Shown: positions 1 through 9,610, numbered from the stretch's first letter. The stretch: 64,000 nt of DNA from Dictyostelium discoideum (GCA_000004695.1 CM000151.3:7872001-7936000); one strand, 5' to 3'. Notes: a model not told the origin generated them from the sequence alone. Numbers and translations: made by a program.

Positions 1-188
1 ACAAATAAATAAATAAATAAACTATTTTAAAAAGCCATCTTTTTACTTTATTGTAATTTATTATTTGTTTCGTTTTGAGAATTTTGCGTAGCAAAATTTT
101 CAAAAAAAAAGCAAAAAATAATCAGATCGAAAAAAACAAACAACAACAATCTCTTTTTTTGATTATTTCATTTTTCATATAAAAAAGA

Positions 189-224
<36 letters not shown>

Positions 225-1931
225 GGAACCCAAGTTAATCAGAAAATTTCCAGATTTTTAACTTTTTAAAGAAAAATAAAAAAAATAGAAAGAAAATAAG
301 ATGAAAATCACAAACAACACCACAAATATTAAGCAACACAAATGCCTACAAAAAATAAGCGAAATTGTGGATAAAACTCAATTAAAAAAAAAACAATTCA
401 AATACGTCATAAACATCAATCACGAACCAGACGATAAAATAAAAAAAGATTTAGAAAAAAGTTTGGACAAAAAAGATGTTTTAATCAAAAGTAATAATAC
501 ATTCAAAATTCTCACAGACAGTATTAGTACAGTAATCTATTTTGTAAATATGTTTGATGCAGAATTAAAAGGACAATTTATAACCACTATAAGACCAAAA
601 AATATGTATACAGATTTTGATTGGTATAAATCACTCACAGAAATAGAATGGGTAATAGAAAATGAAGGATGTAAACTAATTAAATTAGAAATTAAAGGCG
701 AAACTCTAATTATCAAAACAGTGAAAAGAGTCGTAGAAGAATTTGACACTATCATTGAACTAGACAATCTAACATTAATTGGACACTCCAACAAAGGATG
801 GAGAGATCAAACCTCATTACCAGAAAATCAAGAAGAAAACAAAAATAAAAAACAATCAGATGAACAACAACCACAATCTACATCAGAACAAATACCAAAA
901 CAAGGAAAAAGAACAATCATTATCCCACCAATCACATCCTCATCTAATGATAAAACATTTATGGCCCTAGATGATACAGCTCAAAAGGTAATAGAAGCAT
1001 CACTAGAAAACGTAGATGAACTAACAAGAATAGAGAATGAGATCAATACACAATCGATAAACAATCAAGAAATTAAAACAAAATCAGAAAAACCTATCGA
1101 ACCACCATCTCCATACAATACACCAATAAAACAACACGGCGAAACAAAGGGACTAACAACGGAAGAAAAACTTAGAGAGGCAAATGATATCTTCGACTTC
1201 ACCAGCCCAAACACTGATGCAATAAGAAAAATAGAATTCCCACTTTCAATCCCTTCAAATCAATGGTTCTTCTCCTCTCCAATAAAACATATCATGAGTT
1301 TCAGCCCAACCTATGGTACACCATCGAAAATTATCGATTCACCAAGTAAATTGTTAAACACACCAAAAAAGAAACAACAAGACAAAACAAACAAGACCAA
1401 CAAAACACCAGTCAAACCAAAATTGGGTGAATATGGACAAAAAAGCATAAAAACAAAAATGGATGAAGATATAGACAACTTCAACAAGGAAATTCTAAAA
1501 CAAATCAATAAATCAAAAAACCCCACAAACACACAAGACCAACAACACAACGAACAAAGTAAAGATCAGTTAGAAGACAAAATAAACCAGAAACTTCAAA
1601 AGGTAGATAAAAATCTACCCCAAATAAAACTATAAAGAAAAACACAATAAGAATAGGTGTTTGGAACATCCAAGGATCCAACACCATCCAATCTGCCAGC
1701 ATAATAAACACCGTTTTAGACAACAACAAGCTGGACGCAGCACTTCTAACTGAAACAAATATAAAAACAAATAAAATTTACTCAATAAATCAACAATATA
1801 AAAACAAAATAACACACCACGCACCAATTGATAAAACAGGACAAGGGGTGTCACAAATCATCATCAACACCCGCAATAGAACTTCCTAAACATCTCAAAA
1901 AATACAATAATTCACTCAGTACTTTCTATAA

Positions 1932-1989
<58 letters not shown>

Positions 1990-2310
1990 CAAGTTAATCA
2001 GAAAAATAAAAAAGATAGAAAGAAAATAAAATGAAAATCACAAACAACACCACAAATATTAAGCAACACAAATGCCTACAAAAAATAAGCGAAATTGTGG
2101 ATAAAACTCAATTAAAAAAAAAACAATTCAAATACGTCATAAACATCAATCACGAACCAGACGATAAAATAAAAAAAGATTTAGAAAAAAGTTTGGACAA
2201 AAAAGATGTTTTAATCAAAAAGACCCTGTAAAAAAAAAAAATAAATAAAATGAGATCTAGCATCTCAAGGAGAAGCAAATAATAATTGCGTTATCCAATT
2301 CAAAAAAAAA
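1..2310 (+). mobile_element. TRE5-A non-LTR retrotransposon, TRE5-A.2-type deletion derivative, 5-prime end cut by the window edge. It contains an A-module remnant (1-180), poly(A), a B-module (220-300), ORF1, an ORF2 remnant carrying the 2.9-kb internal deletion, and a B+C module 3-prime UTR ending in oligo(A) at 2310.
   Basis: Near-identical to the two TRE5-A copies at 6830-15342. ORF1 at 301-1635 is 444 aa and ~99 % identical to them. The ORF2 deletion junction cacccgcaatag at about 1866-1882 is identical to that of copy 2. The C-module (gaccctgtaaaaa...aaatgagatctagcatctcaaggagaagcaaataataattgcgttatccaattc + A-run) lies at 2222-2310. Confidence 0.85.
301..1635 (+). CDS. TRE5-A ORF1 protein (444 aa)
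   Basis: Complete ORF, triplicated in the window (7581-8915, 10048-11382) with only a few substitutions. It sits downstream of the B-module, as in TRE5-A. Confidence 0.85.
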   Translation: MKITNNTTNIKQHKCLQKISEIVDKTQLKKKQFKYVININHEPDDKIKKDLEKSLDKKDVLIKSNNTFKILTDSISTVIYFVNMFDAELKGQFITTIRPKNMYTDFDWYKSLTEIEWVIENEGCKLIKLEIKGETLIIKTVKRVVEEFDTIIELDNLTLIGHSNKGWRDQTSLPENQEENKNKKQSDEQQPQSTSEQIPKQGKRTIIIPPITSSSNDKTFMALDDTAQKVIEASLENVDELTRIENEINTQSINNQEIKTKSEKPIEPPSPYNTPIKQHGETKGLTTEEKLREANDIFDFTSPNTDAIRKIEFPLSIPSNQWFFSSPIKHIMSFSPTYGTPSKIIDSPSKLLNTPKKKQQDKTNKTNKTPVKPKLGEYGQKSIKTKMDEDIDNFNKEILKQINKSKNPTNTQDQQHNEQSKDQLEDKINQKLQKVDKNLPQIKL

Positions 2311-2571
2311 ATTTATAAATATATATAATTAATAATTATATAATTGAATAATACTTTGTTATCTTTATTTAATATTAGTTTATATTTATAATATTCAATA
2401 TTGTTTATAAAATTATTCTTTAGTATTTATATTATTTATAATGAGTTGACAGTATTATTATTATTATTATTATTATATTATTTAAATGTGTGTCAACTAT
2501 AATTAGTAATGTAATATGCATATTTAATATCTATTAATTTTATAGAGTAACTTTATTACATATCCCCCCCT
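2311..2571 (-). repeat. 3-prime LTR, missing its terminal ~19 bp where it abuts the oligo(A) end of the TRE5-A C-module
   Basis: Alignment with 4668-4916. The expected terminal gctaacaagctttattaca is absent. PPT at 2572-2586. Confidence 0.65.
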
Positions 2572-2572
2572 T

Positions 2573-3183
2573 TTAGTTGAAAATTTTTTTCAATCTTTCA
2601 ATATTGACTACTTTATGATCTCTAAGATTACCCATATCTAATTTGAATGTAACATCGCTAACTTTTTCTTGAACTTTAAAAGGACCTCTCCAAGGTTTAT
2701 AGAATTTCTTTGGACCAATAGAAGTTTGTGAATATGGTGTATGTAAATAAACAAAATCACCTGTTTGAATATTTGTTGGACGACGACCTTTATCATAATT
2801 TGTTTTTTGTAATTCTTGAGCTTTATCGAGATTATTCTTTGTAAACCAAAAGGCACGTTTAAGATTATTATTTACGGATTGTGCATAATTATCAGCGAAA
2901 TCTAATCTTAGTGAATTTGTACATGGATTTCTTATTAATGGTTGAATTGAAGTTATTTGTGATTTAATTATTGAATTCTCTGTTTGATTTAATGATATTG
3001 ATTTTAATGGTAAATTTGATGTTATTGGTGAATCTATTGGTTCTTGGAATAAGAATTCTGGAATATCGTAATCTATTGGTAGTTGTTCTTCAATAGTTGG
3101 ATACGATTTGATTGATAGTATATGATGAGAATTAAAATTTTCAATTAAATGATCAGTATCTGTTAATAATTCTGATTTTGATG

Positions 3184-3217
<34 letters not shown>

Positions 3218-4469
3218 TGAATAATCAGATACTGTTTTAAATATAGTTTGTATACATGGTTGGGTTTCTTTAGATATTAATTTGGTACCAACATTGAATT
3301 CAAGATTCTTAATGATCATTTCTTTAAAATCAATTACTAAATTTAATCCAATTATTGTATCAATGCCAAATATACAATCAATTGATGTATCATTATCTTT
3401 AACAACATTAACTTTAACTCTAGCGAATGCTTTACCTAATTTAATTGTTGTGTTACTTATTCCAATGATTTTGATTTCATTATTTGATGCTGATTTAACA
3501 GAATATTGTTTATTTTCAATCTTTAATTTTAACTTTTTAGCAATACTTTCCCAAACAATAGTAAGTGATGAACCAGTATCAATCAAACCTCTAACATTTT
3601 TATTATTTATTAATAAAGCTGCATTCATACTATCTATTCCGATTGAATTAATTGTACTATTATTGACCATTGTAATTGAATTAGTTCTATTATTGTAATT
3701 GTTATTATTATTTTTATCTTTTGACCAACACTCTTGAATTACATGACCTTTCTTTTTGCAGTATTTACAAAATTTTGTGATTGAATTTACTTGATTTTGT
3801 GGTGCTTTATAAGGGGATGATTGTGGTGAATATGTTTGATTTTTATAAATTGGAGTTGCTAATACTTCAGTTTCAGTAGATTGTTCAGTTTGAGATGTAA
3901 CGTACTGTGGTGATGTTGTATAACCAGATCTAGAACCAAGATACTTTTGAGTTCCAAATTCTTGTAATGTTTTTGCAACCAATTGACCAGTATACATTGA
4001 TCTACCTCTCATACGAATTGAACCATCTTCACAAGACTTTGCAATATCTATTGCTCTTTTTAATGATTTTGGTGCACATTTTGTAATTTCAATACCCAAT
4101 TCAGTACCAACAGCTGAATAAAACAATTGTATTTTAAACTTTTCTGAAATATCAACTGCTGAACATTTTGATAGAAATTTACCAATTAATATATCTAATG
4201 TATTGTATTTATATTCTCCCAACTTTGTTAATTCTGTTAAATCATCACTATCACCAATATCAAAAGCATCTTTAAGATCTTCAATTATCTCCATTGCTGT
4301 TAAGTCTGTATCCAATGTTGCGGCATATTCCAATGCATTGTTTCTTAGTTTTCTAATAATATCAGCTTTCGATATTTCCTCGCCATGAATTAGTAAGAGT
4401 AAGTGTTTGAATTTACGAAATGATAAACCTTTTCCATCGCCCGAAAAAATTATGTTTTCATTATTATTC

Positions 4470-4471
<2 letters not shown>
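2573..4471 (-). CDS. gag-pro-(deleted pol)-integrase C-terminus fusion ORF of the LTR element (632 aa)
   Basis: CCHC zinc knuckle CKYCKKKGHVIQEC. Aspartic protease motif LIDTGSSL. The C-terminus ...GDFVYLHTP...KPWRGPFKV...FKL...H.VVNIERLKK is typical of Ty3/gypsy integrase tails. No RT or RNase H motifs lie between. Confidence 0.6.
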
Positions 4472-4539
<68 letters not shown>

Positions 4540-4635
4540 TATTAAATTAAATTTAATCTAATGTACAATTTTAATTGATTGAATAATTTGATAACTTTAT
4601 ATTTATAGTATATTTTTTTTTTTTTTTTTGAAAGA

Positions 4636-4646
4636 CGATGTCGCCA
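4636..4646 (-). promoter_or_regulatory. Primer-binding site of the LTR element, TGGCGACATCG in element sense
   Basis: The + strand reads CGATGTCGCCA, identical to the last 8 nt of the tRNA-Ser(AGA) gene at 6701-6782 plus CCA. It lies 2 nt from the LTR end. Confidence 0.55.
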
Positions 4647-4648
4647 AA

Positions 4649-4916
4649 TGTAATAAAGCTTGTTAGCTTTATAAATATATATAATTAATAATTATATAAT
4701 TGAATAATACTTTGTTATCTTTATTTAATATTAGTTTATATTTATAATATTCAATATTGTTTATAAAATTATTCTTTAGTATTTATATTATTTATAATGA
4801 GTTGACAGTATTATTATTATTATTATTATTATATTATTTAAATGTGTGTCAACTATAATTAGTAATGTAATATGCATATTTAATATCTATTAATTTTATA
4901 GAGTAACTTTATTACA
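4649..4916 (-). repeat. 5-prime LTR, 268 bp
   Basis: TG...CA ends. Identical to the copy at 2311-2571 except that copy lacks the last 19 bp. Confidence 0.7.
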
Positions 4917-4949
4917 TTAGAATTAATTTACGTAATAAAACCTCTTTTG

Positions 4950-5056
4950 TAAGTTTGGAAACAAATCATCCCGTTCGATCTGATAAGTAAATCGACCTCA
5001 GGCCTTCCAAGTACTCTGGTTGGAGACAACAGGGGAACATAGGGTGCTGTATACTT
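4950..5056 (+). pseudogene. 5S rRNA-derived sequence, 5-prime truncated by ~15-17 nt. It is followed by a TTTATTT terminator-like run, 11 nt and poly(A), and flanked by aaaacctcttttg direct repeats, so it looks like a retropseudogene.
   Basis: ...GTTTGGAAACAAATCATCCCGTTCGATCTGATAAGTAAATCGACCTCAGGCCTTCCAAGTACTCTGGTTGGAGACAACAGGGGAACATAGGGTGCTGTATAC matches the eukaryotic 5S consensus, including box-C-like CCCGTTCGATC and the 3-prime GGGTGCTGTATAC. The 5-prime strand of helix I (GTATACGGCCATAC) is missing. Poly(A) at 5072-5103. Direct repeats at 4937-4949 and 5100-5112. Confidence 0.55.
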
Positions 5057-5070
5057 TATTTACTCCGATT

Positions 5071-5099
<29 letters not shown>

Positions 5100-5106
<7 letters not shown>

Positions 5107-5199
5107 CTTTTGCATGACCCTGTAAAAAAAAAAAAAAAATAAAATAAAATGAGATCTAGAATCTCAAGGACAAGCAAATAATAATTGCGTTATCCAATT

Positions 5200-5234
<35 letters not shown>

Positions 5235-5243
5235 CTTTTGCAT
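5100..5243 (+). mobile_element. Solo TRE5-A C-module (extreme 5-prime truncation) with a 15-16-bp target-site duplication aaaacctcttttgcat
   Basis: C-module at 5117-5231 (gaccctgtaaaa...aaatgagatctagaatctcaaggacaagcaaataataattgcgttatccaattc + A-run). Identical 16-mers at 5100-5115 and 5228-5243. Confidence 0.7.
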
Positions 5244-5489
5244 TTATTACAATTATCTTAAATTTATGTCAAATAATATTTCAAATTAATAATTAATTAA
5301 TTTATTATAAATATAAAAAAATTATTTAATTTTAATTAGGCTGTTAATTTCATTGTTAAACGATAAAATCTATTAAATAAAAATATAAATAAATAAATTA
5401 ATATATAAAGTGTTTTAAAGATTATTAAATATAAAATAAAGATTAAATTTTAAATATAAATAAAAACTATAATATTTGTAAAATAATAA

Positions 5490-5955
5490 TTACAAAAGAC
5501 CACTTTCGTTACATTTAAAGGTATAGATCGGAAATAAGATTACATTCAAGATAAAAGTGGAGCTTCCAAAATAACGTGGAGTGGAAATATTCAACAAACT
5601 GGATATTCCACTAACAGCCAACGCCATAGCTATAATATGTGAAAACATTTGGAAAAGAAGAAACAAAAGAATACACGAAGAAATCACTCTCAAAAACTTA
5701 AGAAAAGAAAAACCCAAACATCTTTTAATGAAAACGCAAGAAGCTGCCTGGGAAAGAACCAAAAAAACATATATAAATTAATAAGACAATCAAAAAAAGC
5801 AACAAAGATTGAAGCATCGAAAAAATTCAAATCCATCATCACCTCACAACTCGAAATATTCAGCAAAAACTAGAACTCTCCTCTATACATAGCAACACTA
5901 ATACCAAACCTAAACAAATATATAACATCACTCAACACACTCTATACCCTCAACA

Positions 5956-6018
<63 letters not shown>

Positions 6019-6150
6019 TAATACCACCCAAAAAAAAAAAAAAAAAAAAAAAAAGGGGACCATTGTAAAATTTAAACCTACTATAATGAAATGAGAAGAA
6101 TCTCTAGAAGAAGCAACTCACAATTGCGTTACTCCATTCAAAAAAAAAAT
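5490..6150 (+). mobile_element. 5-prime-truncated 3-prime fragment of a non-A member of the TRE5 family (TRE5-B/C-like): degenerate ORF2 C-terminus plus a diverged C-module and oligo(A)
   Basis: Translation 5581-5781 (...LDIPLTANAIAIICENIWKRRNKRIHEEI...KTQEAAWERTKK) is ~45 % identical to the TRE5-A ORF2 C-terminus (LQIALVANLIAIIFDKIWHKRNKLIHDEKEI...KTQRAAWDRTQ). 6060-6150 (aaatgagaagaatctctagaagaagcaactcacaattgcgttactccattcaaaaaaaa) is homologous to the TRE5-A C-module. A-runs at 5960-6055. Confidence 0.5.
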
Positions 6151-6700
6151 TGTTCGGAAATGATTTTTTTATATTTGATATTCTAACACTAAAGTTAGAA
6201 TTTTTAAAAAATCCTCGAAACCAACAAATTAAAGAGAGAAAAACTCAAAAAAATAAAAATAAATAATTTTTTATTTATTTTATTAAAGTTTTCTCCAGGT
6301 TTCTTTTATATAAGTGACATAATAGAAGGTTATTTATATTAATTTGTATTAATTTATATTAATTTATTATCTCTTCAATTGAAATAAATTGATTTTCAAA
6401 TAAACATTAAGATTTTTTTTTTTTATTGATGCTGTAAAGAGTGGACCAAAACCAATTATTTTTTTTATTTTTCAGTTTTTAATTTTTGTTTTTTTAGGCC
6501 AAAAAGCTTCCAACTAAACTAAATTAATAATTATTTGAAATTAAATTCGTAGTCTTATAATGTTTAATTAATTAATTATTATTCTAATTCTTTTACTATG
6601 ATTAATATTAAAAACTTTAAATAATGAAATTTCTAAACAGAACTTTGAAGTTCTCGAGATATCCGAAGTTCGGAAGGGGCCAATTTTTATAAAAAGTTAT

Positions 6701-6782
6701 CGACATCGGCAGGGTTCGAACCTGCGCCCCCGAAGGGATCTGATTTCTAGTCAGACGCATTAGACCACTTTGCTACGATGTC
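6701..6782 (-). tRNA. tRNA-Ser (anticodon AGA), class II with a long variable arm, no intron
   Basis: Reverse complement: GACATCG TA GCA AAGTGGTCTAA TGC G TCTGA CTAGAAA TCAGA TCCCTTCGGGGGC GCAGG TTCGAAC CCTGC CGATGTC G. The 7-bp acceptor stem pairs, the T-arm is GCAGG/TTCGAAC/CCTGC, the anticodon loop is CT-AGA-AA, the A box is TAGCAAAGTGG and the B box GGTTCGAACCC. A T5 Pol III terminator lies 5 nt downstream on the - strand (6692-6696). Confidence 0.9.
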
Positions 6783-6813
6783 TTTGAAGTTTAGAATGAA
6801 CGTCGTATCTCAA

Positions 6814-6829
6814 ATTGTATGAAATTTAA
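6814..6829. repeat. Target-site duplication copy 1, (a)ttgtatgaaatttaa(g), 32-47 bp upstream of the tRNA-Ser gene
   Basis: The same 15-16-mer recurs at 9595-9610 and 15343-15358, each at a TRE5-A boundary. Confidence 0.8.
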
Positions 6830-7454
6830 GATTATTTCATTTTTCATATAAAAAAGACTTAAAAAACAAATAAATAAATAAATAAACTATTTTAAAAAGC
6901 CATCTTTTTACTTTATTGTAATTTATTATTTGTTTCGTTTTGAGAATTTTGCGTAGCAAAATTTTCAAAAAAAAAGCAAAAAATAATCAGATCGAAAAAA
7001 ACAAACAACAACAACAATCTCTTTTTTTGATTATTTCATTTTTCATATAAAAAAGACTTAAAAAACAAATAAATAAATAAATAAACTATTTTAAAAAGCC
7101 ATCTTTTTACTTTATTGTAATTTATTATTTGTTTCGTTTTGAGAATTTTGCGTAGCAAAATTTTCAAAAAAAAAGCAAAAAATAATCAGATCGAAAAAAA
7201 CAAACAACAACAACAATCTCTTTTTTTGATTATTTCATTTTTCATATAAAAAAGACTTAAAAAACAAATAAATAAATAAATAAACTATTTTAAAAAGCCA
7301 TCTTTTTACTTTATTGTAATTTATTATTTGTTTCGTTTTGAGAATTTTGCGTAGCAAAATTTTCAAAAAAAAAGCAAAAAATAATCAGATCGAAAAAAAC
7401 AAACAACAACAACAATCTCTTTTTTTGATTATTTCATTTTTCATATAAAAAAGA

Positions 7455-7460
<6 letters not shown>
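6830..7460 (+). repeat. Tandem array of TRE5-A A-modules (3 full + 1 partial, ~199 bp each)
   Basis: Repeating unit attatttcatttttcatataaaaaagacttaaaaaacaaataaataaataaataaactattttaaaaagccatc...caatctctttttttg. Confidence 0.85.
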
Positions 7461-7505
<45 letters not shown>

Positions 7506-7580
7506 GGAACCAAGTTAATTAGAAAATTTCCAGATTTTTAACTTTTTAAAGAAAAATAAAAAAGATAGAAAGAAAATAAA

Positions 7581-8915
7581 ATGAAAATCACAAACAACAC
7601 CACAAATATTAAGCAACACAAATGCCTACAAAAAATAAGCGAAATTGTGGATAAAACTCAATTAAAAAAAAAACAATTCAAATACGTCATAAACATCAAT
7701 CACGAACCAGACGATAAAATAAAAAAAGATTTAGAAAAAAGTTTGGACAAAAAAGATGTTTTAATCAAAAGTAATAATACATTCAAAATTCTCACAGACA
7801 GTATTAGTACAGTAATCTATTTTGTAAATATGTTTGATGCAGAATTAAAAGGACAATTTATAACCACTATAAGACCAAAAAATATGTATACAGATTTTGA
7901 TTGGTATAAATCACTCACAGAAATAGAATGGGTAATAGAAAATGAAGGATGTAAACTAATTAAATCAGAAATTAAAGGCGAAACTCTAATTATCAAAACA
8001 GTGAAAAGAGTCGTAGAAGAATTTGACACTATCATTGAACTAGACAATCTAACATTAATTGGACACTCCAACAAAGGATGGAGAGATCAAACCTCATTAC
8101 CAGAAAATCAAGAAGAAAACAAAAATAAAAAACAATCAGATGAACAACAACCACAATCTACATCAGAACAAATACCAAAACAAGGAAAAAGAACAATCAT
8201 TATCCCACCAATCACATCCTCATCTAATGATAAAACATTTATGGCCCTAGATGATACAGCTCAAAAGGTAATAGAAGCATCACTAGAAAACGTAGATGAA
8301 CTAACAAGAATAGAGAATGAGATCAATACACAATCGATAAACAATCAAGAAATTAAAACAAAATCAGAAAAACCTATCGAACCACCATCTCCATACAATA
8401 CACCAATAAAACAACACGGCGAAACAAAGGGACTAACAACGGAAGAAAAACTTAGAGAAGCAAATGATATCTTCGACTTCACCAGCCCAAACACTGATGC
8501 AATAAGAAAAATAGAATTCCCACTTTCAATCCCTTCAAATCAATGGTTCTTCTCCTCTCCAATAAAACATATCATGAGTTTCAGCCCAACCTATGGTACA
8601 CCATCGAAAATTATCGATTCACCAAGTAAATTGTTAAACACACCAAAAAAGAAACAACAAGACAAAACAAACAAGACCAACAAAACACCAGTCAAACCAA
8701 AATTGGGTGAATATGGACAAAAAAGCATAAAAACAAAAATGGATGAAGATATAGACAACTTCAACAAGGAAATTCTAAAACAAATCAATAAATCAAAAAA
8801 CCCCACAAACACACAAGACCAACAACACAATGAACAAAGTAAAGATCAGTTAGAAGACAAAATAAACCAGAAACTTCAAAAGGTAGATAAAAATCTACCC
8901 CAAATAAAACTATAA
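7581..8915 (+). CDS. TRE5-A ORF1 protein
   Basis: 444-aa ORF, ~99 % identical to 301-1635 and 10048-11382. Confidence 0.85.
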   Translation: MKITNNTTNIKQHKCLQKISEIVDKTQLKKKQFKYVININHEPDDKIKKDLEKSLDKKDVLIKSNNTFKILTDSISTVIYFVNMFDAELKGQFITTIRPKNMYTDFDWYKSLTEIEWVIENEGCKLIKSEIKGETLIIKTVKRVVEEFDTIIELDNLTLIGHSNKGWRDQTSLPENQEENKNKKQSDEQQPQSTSEQIPKQGKRTIIIPPITSSSNDKTFMALDDTAQKVIEASLENVDELTRIENEINTQSINNQEIKTKSEKPIEPPSPYNTPIKQHGETKGLTTEEKLREANDIFDFTSPNTDAIRKIEFPLSIPSNQWFFSSPIKHIMSFSPTYGTPSKIIDSPSKLLNTPKKKQQDKTNKTNKTPVKPKLGEYGQKSIKTKMDEDIDNFNKEILKQINKSKNPTNTQDQQHNEQSKDQLEDKINQKLQKVDKNLPQIKL

Positions 8916-9211
8916 AGAAAAACACAATAAGAATAGGTGTTTGGAACGTCCAAGGATCCAACACCATCCAATCTGCCAGCATAATAAACACCGTTTTAGA
9001 CAACAACAAGCTGGACGCAGCACTTCTAACTGAAACAAATATAAAAACAAATAAAATTTACTCAATAAATCAACAATATAAAAACAAAATAACACACCAC
9101 GCACCAATTGATAAAACAGGACAAGGGGTGTCACAAATCATCATCAACACCCGCAATAGAACTTCCTAAACATCTCAAAAAATACAATAATTCACTCAGT
9201 ACTTTCTATAA

Positions 9212-9267
<56 letters not shown>

Positions 9268-9594
9268 CAAGTTAATCAGAAAAATAAAAAAGATAGAAAG
9301 AAAATAAAATGAAAATCACAAACAACACCACAAATATTAAGCAACACAAATGCCTACAAAAAATAAGCGAAATTGTGGATAAAACTCAATTAAAAAAAAA
9401 AAAACAATTCAAATACGTCATAAACATCAATCACGAACCAGACGATAAAATAAAAAAAGATTTAGAAAAAAGTTTGGACAAAAAAGATGTTTTAATCAAA
9501 AAGACCCTGTAAAAAAAAAAAAAAAATAAAATGAGATCTAGCATCTCAAGGAGAAGCAAATAATAATTGCGTTATCCAATTCAAAAAAAAAAAA

Positions 9595-9610
9595 TTGTAT
9601 GAAATTTAAA
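9595..9610. repeat. Target-site duplication copy 2 (ttgtatgaaatttaaa), between two TRE5-A copies
   Basis: Lies between the oligo(A) of the copy-2 C-module and the 5-prime-truncated A-module of copy 3. Confidence 0.8.

Larger units (their letters stand above)
2311..4916 (-). mobile_element. Internally deleted LTR retrotransposon (Ty3/gypsy-like; size and 268-bp LTR are compatible with a DGLT-A-type element). It is non-autonomous: gag, zinc knuckle, protease and the integrase C-terminus are retained, while RT, RNase H and the integrase core are missing.
   Basis: Direct repeats at 2311-2571 and 4649-4916 are >98 % identical. In element sense the LTR starts TGTAATAAAG and ends CTTTATTACA, a 10-bp terminal inverted repeat. 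A PBS lies 2 nt inside the 5-prime LTR and a polypurine tract AAAAGGGGGGGATA lies just before the 3-prime LTR. One 632-aa ORF fills the interior. Confidence 0.7.
6830..9594 (+). mobile_element. TRE5-A copy (TRE5-A.2-type, ORF2 internally deleted), 5-prime end 47 bp upstream of tRNA-Ser, head-to-head with the tRNA gene. It has 3.2 tandem A-modules (6830-7460), poly(A), a B-module, ORF1 7581-8915, an ORF2 remnant 8916-9205, a second B-module with the ORF1 5-prime copy (9265-9512) and a C-module (9513-9594).
   Basis: A-module period 199-200 bp, with units starting at 6830, 7030, 7229 and 7428. The deletion junction aacaccc|gcaatagaac joins ORF2 codon ~80 to the last ~21 codons. Flanked by the TSD. 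Confidence 0.85.

Noticed and set aside
537-794. Antisense ORFs overlapping TRE5-A ORF1/ORF2 (537-794, 1311-1854, 7817-8074, 8591-9134, 10284-10514, 11058-11601, 11708-14407 minus-strand set)
   Set aside because: They are short, lie opposite a well-supported retrotransposon ORF, are translated from A/C-rich antisense, and recur identically in every copy. They are spurious.
4961-5056. Whether the 5S-like region hides a tRNA, which TRE5-A targeting would predict
   Set aside because: No cloverleaf can be folded; the sequence is clearly 5S-like instead.
6640-6700. Palindromic CCGAAGTTCGG ~25 bp downstream of tRNA-Ser as a possible extra B box (ex-B)
   Set aside because: Its similarity to the B-box consensus is weak (about 7/11), so I did not call it.
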